64,000 nucleotides of DNA from an uncultured Gemmatimonadaceae bacterium. Its GTDB lineage: Bacteria; Gemmatimonadota; Gemmatimonadetes; Gemmatimonadales; Gemmatimonadaceae. Location of the stretch: contig CAVUDW010000002.1 in assembly GCA_963740355.1 (NCBI GenBank), positions 2,208,001 to 2,272,000 on the forward strand. Direction: 5' to 3'. The notes under the pieces were generated by a model, which saw nothing but the letters and a program-made list of their open reading frames with translations, had not been told where the DNA came from and did no database searches. A program made the translations under genes and the position numbers. Shown here piece by piece: positions 42,232 to 50,874 of this stretch; the stretch's first letter is position 1; each line of letters opens with the position of its first letter.

Positions 42232-42267
42232 TTTACTGCACCTTTTCAGGTCGAACTGCGACGCAGG

Positions 42268-42519
42268 TCAGGCCGTCGCAGCAGCATTGACACGCTTGGC
42301 CATCCGGCTCTTCTGCCGGGCAGCGGCGTTCTTGTGGATCAAGCCCTTGCGGGCTGCACGATCGAGCAACGTGGTTGCCATACCACGAACCTCGGCCGAC
42401 GCGCCCTCGGCCTTGGCCTTCTTGAGGGCGGTGCGCAACGCGGAACGCTGCGCGCGATTACGTGCCTGTGCGGCACGCGACTTCCGCATGTTCTTCTTTG
42501 CGGAGGCGATATTCGGCAC
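42268..42519 (-). CDS. rpsT: 30S ribosomal protein S20
   Basis: PNIASAKK..RN...SALRT..LDRAARKGLIHKNAAARQKSR; GTG start with GGAG SD. Confidence 0.95.
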   Translation of the reverse strand: MPNIASAKKNMRKSRAAQARNRAQRSALRTALKKAKAEGASAEVRGMATTLLDRAARKGLIHKNAAARQKSRMAKRVNAAATA

Positions 42520-42574
42520 CGAAGACTCCAATTCAGAAAATGAACACGATTCGCCCGTGATGGGCGAACCGCGA

Positions 42575-42602
42575 AAGATAGGGCGTCGGATCAGGCTGTC
42601 AA
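42575..42602 (-). promoter_or_regulatory. Putative rpsT promoter
   Basis: TTGACA-N16-TATCTT on the minus strand. Confidence 0.55.
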
Positions 42603-42808
42603 TCTCAGGCGCTGTCTTGGCCGTGGACCGAGCCTCTCTTAGCTTGCCTTGCTGCGCCGGTACGCGCTTCCGGCCCCCCGCCGGGCTGGCCCGTGCCGCC
42701 GCCCTCCTGCCGCCCTGATCCGCTTCGCGTGCCTGCTGCCTCCCCATCCGTCCGACGTCTGCTCCCCTCGCGCACCGGTTCTCTGGTGGTGCCGACTGCG
42801 GTGCGCGC

Positions 42809-43735
42809 ATGACCGAGGAGACCGCAGCCGCTGACGAGGCCGCCCTCGACGCCGTGGAAACGGTCGTCGACGAGACGGTCCTCGAGGAAGCGGTCGTCGC
42901 GGAGACGGTCGTCGTGGAGCCGGTCGTCGAGGCAGAGGAAGCGGTCGCCGCACCCGATGTCGTGGCCGAGGCGCCATCGCGCCAGGCACCCTCGGCTGTG
43001 GCTGAGGCTGAACCCGAGCCCGTGGTGCCTGCCGGGTTCGTCGTCGATCTGCCAGCCTACAACGGGCCGCTCGACCTGCTCCTGTCGCTGATCCGCGACG
43101 AAAAGGTCGACATCTACGACATCCCGATCGCCCATATCGCGAAGCAGTTCCTGCTGCGGATCCGGGTGCTGCAGCTGAATGATGCGGCCGAGTATCTCGA
43201 GCTGGCCGCACGCCTGCTTCGCATCAAGGCGCAGATGCTGCTGCCGCGCCATGGCGAGACCGAGACGTGGGAAGATCCGCGCGCCGAATTGGTGCGTCGA
43301 CTGCTCGAGTATCAGCAGATGCGCGAAGTCGTCGACATTCTCGAGCGTCGCGGTGATGATCGCCGCAGCCGGTTTGCACGCGCCTACCTGCCTGAGTCCG
43401 GCGAGTCCGTGGCGGCACCGTTGGCGCTCTCGCTGGGCGAATTGCTGACGGCGATCGACCGCATTCTTCGTGTCACGAAGGAGCCGACGGTGCACACCGT
43501 CGTCGCTCGCACACTGGATGTCGCGGGCGCGATCTCAGCGGTCCGGAACATCATTGCCCAACGGCGCCATGCGCGCTGGGGTGAGTTGGTACCACGCGAC
43601 GCCGAGCCATGGCAGATCTTGTCCATGCTGCTCGCGTTGCTCGAGCTGGCAAAGCTCGGCGAGCTGCGGCTCGCCCAGCCACGCCCATTTGCATCTGTCG
43701 AGATTGAGCATGATTCCCCTGGTGAAGCTGCTTGA
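42809..43735 (+). CDS. scpA: Segregation/condensation protein A (kleisin) with acidic N-terminal extension
   Basis: YNGPLDLLLSLI, DIYDIPI, LLRIKAQMLLP, LALLELAK. Confidence 0.92.
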   Translation: MTEETAAADEAALDAVETVVDETVLEEAVVAETVVVEPVVEAEEAVAAPDVVAEAPSRQAPSAVAEAEPEPVVPAGFVVDLPAYNGPLDLLLSLIRDEKVDIYDIPIAHIAKQFLLRIRVLQLNDAAEYLELAARLLRIKAQMLLPRHGETETWEDPRAELVRRLLEYQQMREVVDILERRGDDRRSRFARAYLPESGESVAAPLALSLGELLTAIDRILRVTKEPTVHTVVARTLDVAGAISAVRNIIAQRRHARWGELVPRDAEPWQILSMLLALLELAKLGELRLAQPRPFASVEIEHDSPGEAA

Positions 43736-44252
43736 AGCGGCGCTCTTCGCGAGCCCACGACCGATCCCGGTCGAAGAGTTGAGCGCGCTGGCGCCAGAGG
43801 CGAGTCCGGCTGAAATCGCATCGGCATTGGACACACTGCGCGAGCACTACGACGTGGATGGTCACGGCGTCGAGCTGGCGGAAATCGGTGGCGGGTGGCA
43901 GATCCTGACTCGCGCTGAATACACCGAGGCGATCGAGCGTGCGCAGTTGGCCGCCCGGCCGCAGCGGCTTTCCGCCGCGGCGTTGGAGACCCTCGCGATC
44001 ATTGCCTATCGACAGCCGATCGGTCGCACGGAAGTGGAAGAGATTCGCGGCGTCGCCGTGGGTTCGATTCTCAAATCATTGCAGGAGCGCGCGCTGATCG
44101 ACGTCGTGGGAAGGGCCGAAGGCTTGGGACGACCGTTGCTCTATGGCACCACGCCACTGTTCCTCGAACAGTTCGCGTTGCGCCACCTCGAAGAACTTCC
44201 GCGCGCTGACGAACTGGCGATTGCGTTGCGGCCTGCGCCGCAGCCGCTGTGA
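43710..44252 (+). CDS. scpB: SMC-Scp complex subunit ScpB
   Basis: LEAALFAS, LSAAALETLAIIAYRQP, GRPLLYGTT. Confidence 0.95.
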   Translation: MIPLVKLLEAALFASPRPIPVEELSALAPEASPAEIASALDTLREHYDVDGHGVELAEIGGGWQILTRAEYTEAIERAQLAARPQRLSAAALETLAIIAYRQPIGRTEVEEIRGVAVGSILKSLQERALIDVVGRAEGLGRPLLYGTTPLFLEQFALRHLEELPRADELAIALRPAPQPL

Positions 44253-45202
44253 CCGCCCGTCCGCCGCGACGCACCGGCACGGGCGGCAAGCCGGCGCCGA
44301 AGCCGCGCGGGGTGAAGCCCCCCGAGCGACCCGCCGCCAAAGGCACGCGCACGCCGCTCGGCCCCGACGCACGAGATCCGCGCAAGCGCAGCCCCCGCAA
44401 GAAGCCGGGCCCCGGCGGCGCAGGACCGCGGCCCGAGGCGCCGCTGGCACCGACGGTGGTCAAGACGCCGAAGGACGCTCGCGAAACGATGCGCCTCCAG
44501 CGTTTCCTCGCTCGTGCCGGTGTCACATCGCGCCGACAGGCCGAGACGCTCATCACCAATGGACAGGTCACCGTCAACGGCACGGTCGCCACGCTCGGTT
44601 CGAGCGTCGATCCGATGCAGGATGTCGTGCTGGTCGACGGGCAGCGCGTGAAGATGTCCGAGACGGTCACCTGGCTGGTGCTCAACAAGCCCGCCGGTGT
44701 CGTCACGACGCGCACCGACCCCGAAGGCCGCGAGACGGTCTTTGACCTCGTGCCGAACGTCGCCGGACTCACCTACGTCGGTCGACTGGACTACATGACG
44801 GACGGCGTCCTGGTCATGACCAGTGACGGACGCGCTGCGCACCTGCTGACACATCCCAGCCGTGAAGTGTCACGAAGCTATGAGGCGGTGGTGCAGGGGC
44901 CGGCCATGGAGGCGCTCGACCAGTTGCAGGCCGGTGTGGAACTTGAGGAAGGCCTGGTGCTAGTAGATGCAGCCCACGTGGATAAGCTCGGCCGCAGCAA
45001 GTGGTTGCTCTCGCTGACTTTGCATGAGGGACGAAACAGGGAGGTCCGTCGTCTCTGTGAGGCGGTCGGGCTCTCGGTCGACAAGCTGACGCGGGTCAAG
45101 TTTGGGCCGGTCAGCCTTGGCGACCTGGCGCCGGGCAAGTGGCGCCCGTTGACGCAGACCGAGTTGCGCGGGTTGGCGATTCGGGGTGGCGGGCGAGAGT
45201 AA
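44249..45202 (+). CDS. rluB: rRNA pseudouridine synthase (RluB/RsuA family)
   Basis: RLQRFLARAGVTSRR S4 domain, NKPAG, VGRLD, EGRNREVRR; follows scpB. Confidence 0.85.
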   Translation: MTARPPRRTGTGGKPAPKPRGVKPPERPAAKGTRTPLGPDARDPRKRSPRKKPGPGGAGPRPEAPLAPTVVKTPKDARETMRLQRFLARAGVTSRRQAETLITNGQVTVNGTVATLGSSVDPMQDVVLVDGQRVKMSETVTWLVLNKPAGVVTTRTDPEGRETVFDLVPNVAGLTYVGRLDYMTDGVLVMTSDGRAAHLLTHPSREVSRSYEAVVQGPAMEALDQLQAGVELEEGLVLVDAAHVDKLGRSKWLLSLTLHEGRNREVRRLCEAVGLSVDKLTRVKFGPVSLGDLAPGKWRPLTQTELRGLAIRGGGRE

Positions 45203-45253
45203 GCTCAGGGACGGTCAGGTCGGGACATCACTCTCAGGCTGGAGAACGTGCGA

Positions 45254-46238
45254 ATGACGGCGGTGCCACTTCCCGCAACGGCCCCAACCGGGATCGCGGC
45301 GGTGCAGGCAATTTTGACACAGGTGGCACGGCGAGTCGTGGGGCAGGACGCGATGGTCGAGCGTCTGCTGATCGGCCTGCTCACTGGCGGCCATGTCTTG
45401 CTCGAGGGCGTGCCGGGGCTGGCCAAGACGCTCACCGTGCGCACGCTGGCCGAAACGATTCACACCACCTTCCGTCGCATTCAGTTCACGCCGGACCTGC
45501 TGCCTGCCGACGTCGTCGGTACGCAGATCTTCGATCAGGCGTCCGGTGAATTTCGCACCAAGCGTGGGCCGATCTTCGCCAACATCGTCCTCGCCGACGA
45601 AATCAACCGCGCGCCGGCCAAGGTGCAGGCTGCGCTGCTCGAGGCGATGCAGGAGCGGCAGGTGACGATCGGCGGCACGACCTATCCGCTGGCCGAACCA
45701 TTCCTCGTGCTCGCCACGCAGAACCCGATCGAGCAGGAAGGGACGTACCCGCTGCCCGAAGCGCAGGTCGATCGCTTCATGCTCAAGCTGCGCGTCGAAT
45801 ATCCCACGCGTGCCGAGGAGAAGGAGATCATGCGCCGCATGTCGTCGGGCGACGAGATCCCGATCACGGTGGCGGCGTCGCCGCAAACGATTCTCGCCGC
45901 GCGCAAGGAAATTGCAGCGCTTCATCTCGACGAACGCATCATGGACTACATCGTCGAGCTGGTCCACGCCACACGCATTCCCGCCGAGGCGGGATTGGCC
46001 GGCTTGGCGCCGTTGATCGAATACGGCGCATCGCCGCGTGCCACGATCGCGCTGGCACAGGCCTCACGCGCGCATGCGTACCTTGCGCGGCCGAACCTTC
46101 GTGTTGCCTGACGACGTGAAGGCGATCGCGCCCGATGTGCTTCGCCACCGCGTGGTCACGACCTTCGAGGCCGAGGCGCAGAACATCACCAGCGACGAAA
46201 TCGTGCGTCGGATCCTGGCGGCGGTGGCCGCGCCGTGA
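45254..46238 (+). pseudogene. MoxR-family AAA+ ATPase interrupted by a +1 frameshift near 46082-46085 (real mutation or sequencing error)
   Basis: LLEGVPGLAKT, RIQFTPDLLP, DEINRAPAK, ATQNPIEQEGTYPLPEAQ, GASPRA..AHAYL; the conserved C-terminus RGRTFVLPDDVKAIAPDVLRHR lies in another frame. Confidence 0.85.
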
Positions 46239-47197
46239 ATCTTCGCTGGCGCCGCTCCGCCCCTGCGGTGCGACCGCCGGAACCCGTCGCGGGCGCCGCA
46301 CTCGGCGCGCCGGCGCCGCTCGAGATCCTCGAGCAGGTGCGGCGCCTCGAACTGCGTATGCGCCGCCTCGTCAACTCGCGCTTCGCTGGTGAATACCGCT
46401 CCGTATACAAGGGGCAGGGCATGGAGTTCTCGGAGGTGCGAGAATACCAGCCCGGCGACGAAGTGCGCAGCATCGACTGGAACGTCACCGCGCGGCTGCA
46501 GAAGCCGTATGTGAAGCGCTACGTCGAGGAGCGCGAGCTGACGGTGTTGTTGCTCATCGACTGCTCGGCATCGTCGCATTTCGGCACGCGCGTTCGGTTC
46601 AAGGATGACGTCGCGCTCGAAGTCGCCGCCGTGCTCGGCCTGTCAGCACTGCGGAACAACGATCGGGTCGGCGTGGTGGCATTCACCGATCGCGTCGAGC
46701 ATGCCGTGCCACCACGGAAGGGACGGCGACACGGGATGCGACTGTTGCGCGACCTGCTCGCCTTGCGACCTGTCGGACGGAAGACCGATGTCGCATTGGC
46801 ATGTGAACAGGCGCAACGGCACCTCACACACCGGTCACTGGTGTTCGTGATCTCCGATTTTCGTGATCCGAATGCGGAAGCTGCACTGCGGCGACTGGCG
46901 GCCCGACACGAAGTGGTCGTCATCACCGTCGACGATCCCGTGGAGCGCCTGCTTCCAGCCGCGGGGATTCTCGTACTCGCTGATCCGGAAACCGGCGATC
47001 GTGTCGAGATCGACACTGGCGATGTGGCATTCCGTACGCGGTATGCCACCGCCGCGGCGTCCGCGGATGAGCAGCGCACATCGATGTTCGGACGCTGCGG
47101 CGTGACGGCAATCGCCCTGCGTACGGACGAAGGAATCGTCGAACCTTTGCTGGCATTCTTTCGACGGGCACGTCCCGGGAAGACGCGAAATGTGTAG
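46235..47197 (+). CDS. DUF58 domain protein
   Basis: GQGMEFSEVREYQPGDEVRSIDWNVTAR, ISDF. Confidence 0.92.
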   Translation: MNLRWRRSAPAVRPPEPVAGAALGAPAPLEILEQVRRLELRMRRLVNSRFAGEYRSVYKGQGMEFSEVREYQPGDEVRSIDWNVTARLQKPYVKRYVEERELTVLLLIDCSASSHFGTRVRFKDDVALEVAAVLGLSALRNNDRVGVVAFTDRVEHAVPPRKGRRHGMRLLRDLLALRPVGRKTDVALACEQAQRHLTHRSLVFVISDFRDPNAEAALRRLAARHEVVVITVDDPVERLLPAAGILVLADPETGDRVEIDTGDVAFRTRYATAAASADEQRTSMFGRCGVTAIALRTDEGIVEPLLAFFRRARPGKTRNV

Positions 47198-48179
47198 CGC
47201 CCCGATGCGCACCATGCGCCGCGTCGTCGCGCGACACGAACGCCGCGCGCGGACCCTGAGGCGTGGCGCACTGCTCGCGTACGCGCTTGCCGTTTGCGCC
47301 TCACGTTCAGCGGCGCAGGCCGCGCCGGATACGGCGTCGGGGAAGGTCACCTACCGCGTCCTGCCTGACACCGTCACCGTCGGCCAACCATTCGTGGTTT
47401 CACTGCGCGCGATACCGCCGCGTGGCCGTCAGGCCATCGCGCCGGCCGTGCCGGATACTGGCGGCCTGGTGGAGCCTCTCGATCCGGCCAACGTCACTCG
47501 CCGTGCCGACACGCTGCTGGTGCGCTATCGCCTCATTGCGTGGCAACCTGGTGTGCTCACGGTGCCGTTCGGTCCCGTCGTGATGCGCCGCGATTCGAGC
47601 GAGCTGTCGGTGCCGGTGGATGTGCGTGTCGTGGTAGCCTCGGTATTGCCGGCCGACTCGTCAGCGCGAATCCCGAAGGACGCCCGGGCGTTGTTCCCGG
47701 TCGCCGCGCGCTGGTGGGAGAAGTGGTGGCAGTGGGCACTGGCCATTCTGCTCTTTCTCGCCGCCGTCTACCTCTTCGATCGGTGGCGCCGTCGCGAGCG
47801 CACGCCAGAAGTCGAAGTGGCATCACCACTTTCTCGGGCCGAGGAGGCCTTCGCGCGACTCGATGCGCGTCGCTTGCCCTCAGCAGGCGAGGGAGGCAGG
47901 CACGTGGCGCTGGCGGCGGAGATCGTGCGGCAGTACCTCGCTGACATCGAGCCGTCATTGGCACTGCCATTGACGAATGCCGAATTGTTGACGGCAGTGA
48001 AGCCGATCGAAGGCATGCCCGATCGCCAACTCCGTCAGCTGCTCGATCAAGTCGATGCGGTGCGCTTCAGCGGCGATCGCGTCGACCTGCAGACCGTGCA
48101 GCGCGTCAGCGGACTCGCTCGCGAGCTGGTGCGCGATGTGGATCGCGTGCGCTCTGCCATGAGCCAGCAGGCCGCCTGA
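47190..48179 (+). CDS. Bat-cluster membrane protein (BatD-like Ig N-domain, TM, cytoplasmic helical domain)
   Basis: PDTVTVGQPF, Trp-rich TM helix; position between DUF58 and VWA genes; start uncertain. Confidence 0.7.
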   Translation: MCSAPMRTMRRVVARHERRARTLRRGALLAYALAVCASRSAAQAAPDTASGKVTYRVLPDTVTVGQPFVVSLRAIPPRGRQAIAPAVPDTGGLVEPLDPANVTRRADTLLVRYRLIAWQPGVLTVPFGPVVMRRDSSELSVPVDVRVVVASVLPADSSARIPKDARALFPVAARWWEKWWQWALAILLFLAAVYLFDRWRRRERTPEVEVASPLSRAEEAFARLDARRLPSAGEGGRHVALAAEIVRQYLADIEPSLALPLTNAELLTAVKPIEGMPDRQLRQLLDQVDAVRFSGDRVDLQTVQRVSGLARELVRDVDRVRSAMSQQAA

Positions 48180-49192
48180 TGATTGCCTCCGTGCTCGAAT
48201 GGTGGAGTGGGCTTGGCATCGCGATCGGTGTGCCGTGGGCGTTGGCTGCATTGCTGGTGCTGCCAATCGTCTGGTGGCTCCGTCGAAAGGCGGCCGTGGA
48301 CGCCATGCCATTTTCGGCGCTCGACATCGTGGTCAAGGCGACGCCGCGCCCGAGTCGGGTGCGGCGGTGGATGATGCGCCTTCGCCTGCTTGGGCTGATG
48401 GGCTGTGCGCTGGCTCTCGCGCATCCGTATGCCCGCGGCGGTGTCAGGCGTGAGACGCGCGATGGCATCGACATCATGCTGGCCTTCGATATCTCCAGCT
48501 CGATGCTGGCCGAAGATTTCCAGCCGCAGAACCGCCTCGAAGTGGCGCGTGCAAAGGTGAAGGAGTTCGTGAAGCTGCGCGAGTCGGATCGCATCGGCGT
48601 TGTGTCGTTTTCCGGCGAAGCGCTGACACAGGTGCCGCTGACGGCCGATCACCAGGTGGTGCTGGCGGCAATCGATCAACTGCAGCCCGGCCAGCTCGAG
48701 GACGGTACGGCGATCGGGACCGCGATCGCCACCGCGTCCAATCGACTGCGCGCGGCCGCCGGCAACTCACGTGTGCTGGTGCTGCTCACCGACGGCGTCA
48801 ACAATCGTGGGCAGGTCGACCCGCGTACCGCGGCACGGGCTGCGTCGGCCTTCGGCATCCGCATCTACGCCATTGGCGTGGGGACGGAAGGCATGGCGCC
48901 GGTGCCGGTTGGGCGCGGTCTGTTCGGCTTGCGATACGAAACGCAGCGGGTCGAGATCGATGACGCGTTGCTGACCGAAGTCGCGACTGCGACCGGGGGG
49001 CGCTATTTCCGCGCCAAGGACGCTGCGGGCCTCGAACGAATTACACGCGAGATCGACCGACTCGAGCGCACACCGACACTTGCCAAGCGCTCGTTGCCGC
49101 GGTCGGAATGGTACGTCGTTCCCGCGGCGATCGCGCTCGGTGCGCTGCTGCTTGAGGCCTGGGTGTTGCTGCGTCGAGGGCCCATCCCATGA
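48179..49192 (+). CDS. VWA domain protein (BatA-like)
   Basis: N-terminal TM, DISSSMLAED MIDAS, PLT.DH, GTAIG, LLTDG. Confidence 0.9.
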   Translation: MIASVLEWWSGLGIAIGVPWALAALLVLPIVWWLRRKAAVDAMPFSALDIVVKATPRPSRVRRWMMRLRLLGLMGCALALAHPYARGGVRRETRDGIDIMLAFDISSSMLAEDFQPQNRLEVARAKVKEFVKLRESDRIGVVSFSGEALTQVPLTADHQVVLAAIDQLQPGQLEDGTAIGTAIATASNRLRAAAGNSRVLVLLTDGVNNRGQVDPRTAARAASAFGIRIYAIGVGTEGMAPVPVGRGLFGLRYETQRVEIDDALLTEVATATGGRYFRAKDAAGLERITREIDRLERTPTLAKRSLPRSEWYVVPAAIALGALLLEAWVLLRRGPIP

Positions 49193-50874
49193 ACACGATG
49201 GTGATTCAGGGACTCGATCTTTTCTCGCGCGTCTGGATGCTGCCCATCGCGATCGTCTGCGCGGCGCTGGTGGCGTGGATCGGCTGGCGCATCGATGCGC
49301 GACGGCGCTCCCGACTGGCACAACTTGGTGACGTGCCGGTCCTCGAGCGGCTCGTCCCACGACGCTCGCGTGGCCTTCCGCCGCGTATTCGTGCAATCAT
49401 CCTCGGCACGGCGGCGCTCTGCCTTGGTGTCGGAATTGCCGGCCCACGGTGGGGTGAACGCGCGGAACGTCGCCGCGACCTCGGTGTCGACATCGCCTTG
49501 GTACTCGACGTCTCGGCCTCGATGCTGGCGACGGATGAGGGCGCGTCGCGGCTCGACCACATGAAGGCGGATGTCCGACGCCTGCTCGTCACGATGCCCG
49601 GCGCACGCGTGGCGCTGCTGGTCGTGGCGGGGCGCAGCTACATCCTGACACCGCTCACCGCTGACCACGATGCCCTCGGACTGTTCCTCGATGGGCTCGA
49701 CCCTGGCATGGTGAGCCAGGGCGGCACGGCGCTCGCCCAGGGACTCGCACAAGCAACGCAACTGCTCGGCGTGAGTCCGGAAGGTGGCGATCGCGCGGTG
49801 GTCGTGATGAGTGACGGCGAGACCTGGGACGATGAAGGCGCCATTGCGACTGCTGCGCAATCGGCGCGTGATGCACGCCTGGCGGTCGTCACGGTTGGAT
49901 ACGGAACGGCGGCTGGGGCGACGATCCCATTGGCCGGTGGAGACGTGAAGCGTGATGCTGATGGCAAGCCGGTCGTGACACGCGCCAGCGCGGAGACGCT
50001 GCAGGGCATCGCACGTGTTGCGGAAGGTGTATACGTGGATGGTCTCGCCGCTGACCGGCCCGGCCGCATTCGCGCGGCACTCCGCCGGCTGCGGCAGACG
50101 GAACGTGTCTACAACGCCGGCACGACACCCATCCAGCGCTATTCATACTTCCTCTGGCCTGCGTTCGTGCTGCTGTTGCTCGACGCACTGCTCGCGGAAC
50201 GAGGGCGCCGGCAGCCGCTCGTACCTGTGGCCAGCGTGTTGCTGGCGGTCGCCCTCTCCGTTCCGATGCCCGCGGTGGCGCAATCATCCGGCGCCGCAGA
50301 TCCGATCGCCCTCTTCAAGGATCGGCGTTTTGCCGACGCGGTTCAGACGCTGCGCCAGAGTATCGCCAGCGGCGACCGCACCCTTCGAACGCAATACAAT
50401 CTGGGCACCGCCTTGCTGGAAGCAGACTCGATCGGCCCTGCCACTGAGGTGCTCGATCGCGTCGTGACGATCGCGCCGGATGCAGAGTTGCGGTTTCGGG
50501 CGTTGTTCAATCTCGGACTCGCGAACCTTCGGAAGGCGCGCACCGCCAGCGCTGCCGAGGCCGGGCCGTACTTCGCGTCGGCGGTTGCGGCATACAAGCG
50601 GGCGCTCCGCACACGCACCGATGATCCTGACGCGAAGTGGAATCTCGAACTGGCCATTCGTGAGCAGCAGAAATCCGGTGGCGGAGGTGGTGGAGGGGGC
50701 GGTGGTCAGCAACCGCCACCGCCAACGCCGCCGCAAGGGAAGGGGCAACAGCAACTCGACAAGCAGCGCGCTGAAGCGGTGCTGAACAGCGCTGCGCGCG
50801 ATGAACGCGAGGTGCAAACGCGCCGCCAACGCGACGGTCAGCGTCGCGAGGCAGCGGCGGGGAAGGACTGGTGA
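49189..50874 (+). CDS. VWA + TPR protein (BatB-BatC-like fusion)
   Basis: DVSASM, PLT.D, SDGE; then TM, YNLG/FNLG TPRs, DAKWNLE, Gly/Gln linker, terminal KDW. Confidence 0.85.
   Translation: MNTMVIQGLDLFSRVWMLPIAIVCAALVAWIGWRIDARRRSRLAQLGDVPVLERLVPRRSRGLPPRIRAIILGTAALCLGVGIAGPRWGERAERRRDLGVDIALVLDVSASMLATDEGASRLDHMKADVRRLLVTMPGARVALLVVAGRSYILTPLTADHDALGLFLDGLDPGMVSQGGTALAQGLAQATQLLGVSPEGGDRAVVVMSDGETWDDEGAIATAAQSARDARLAVVTVGYGTAAGATIPLAGGDVKRDADGKPVVTRASAETLQGIARVAEGVYVDGLAADRPGRIRAALRRLRQTERVYNAGTTPIQRYSYFLWPAFVLLLLDALLAERGRRQPLVPVASVLLAVALSVPMPAVAQSSGAADPIALFKDRRFADAVQTLRQSIASGDRTLRTQYNLGTALLEADSIGPATEVLDRVVTIAPDAELRFRALFNLGLANLRKARTASAAEAGPYFASAVAAYKRALRTRTDDPDAKWNLELAIREQQKSGGGGGGGGGGQQPPPPTPPQGKGQQQLDKQRAEAVLNSAARDEREVQTRRQRDGQRREAAAGKDW

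Noticed and set aside
42520..42810. N-terminal extension of S20 (180-aa ORF)
   Set aside because: S20 similarity, SD and promoter all point to GTG at 42519
50676..50735. GGN and CCG microsatellite-like run
   Set aside because: Encodes an ordinary Gly/Pro linker in the BatC-like region
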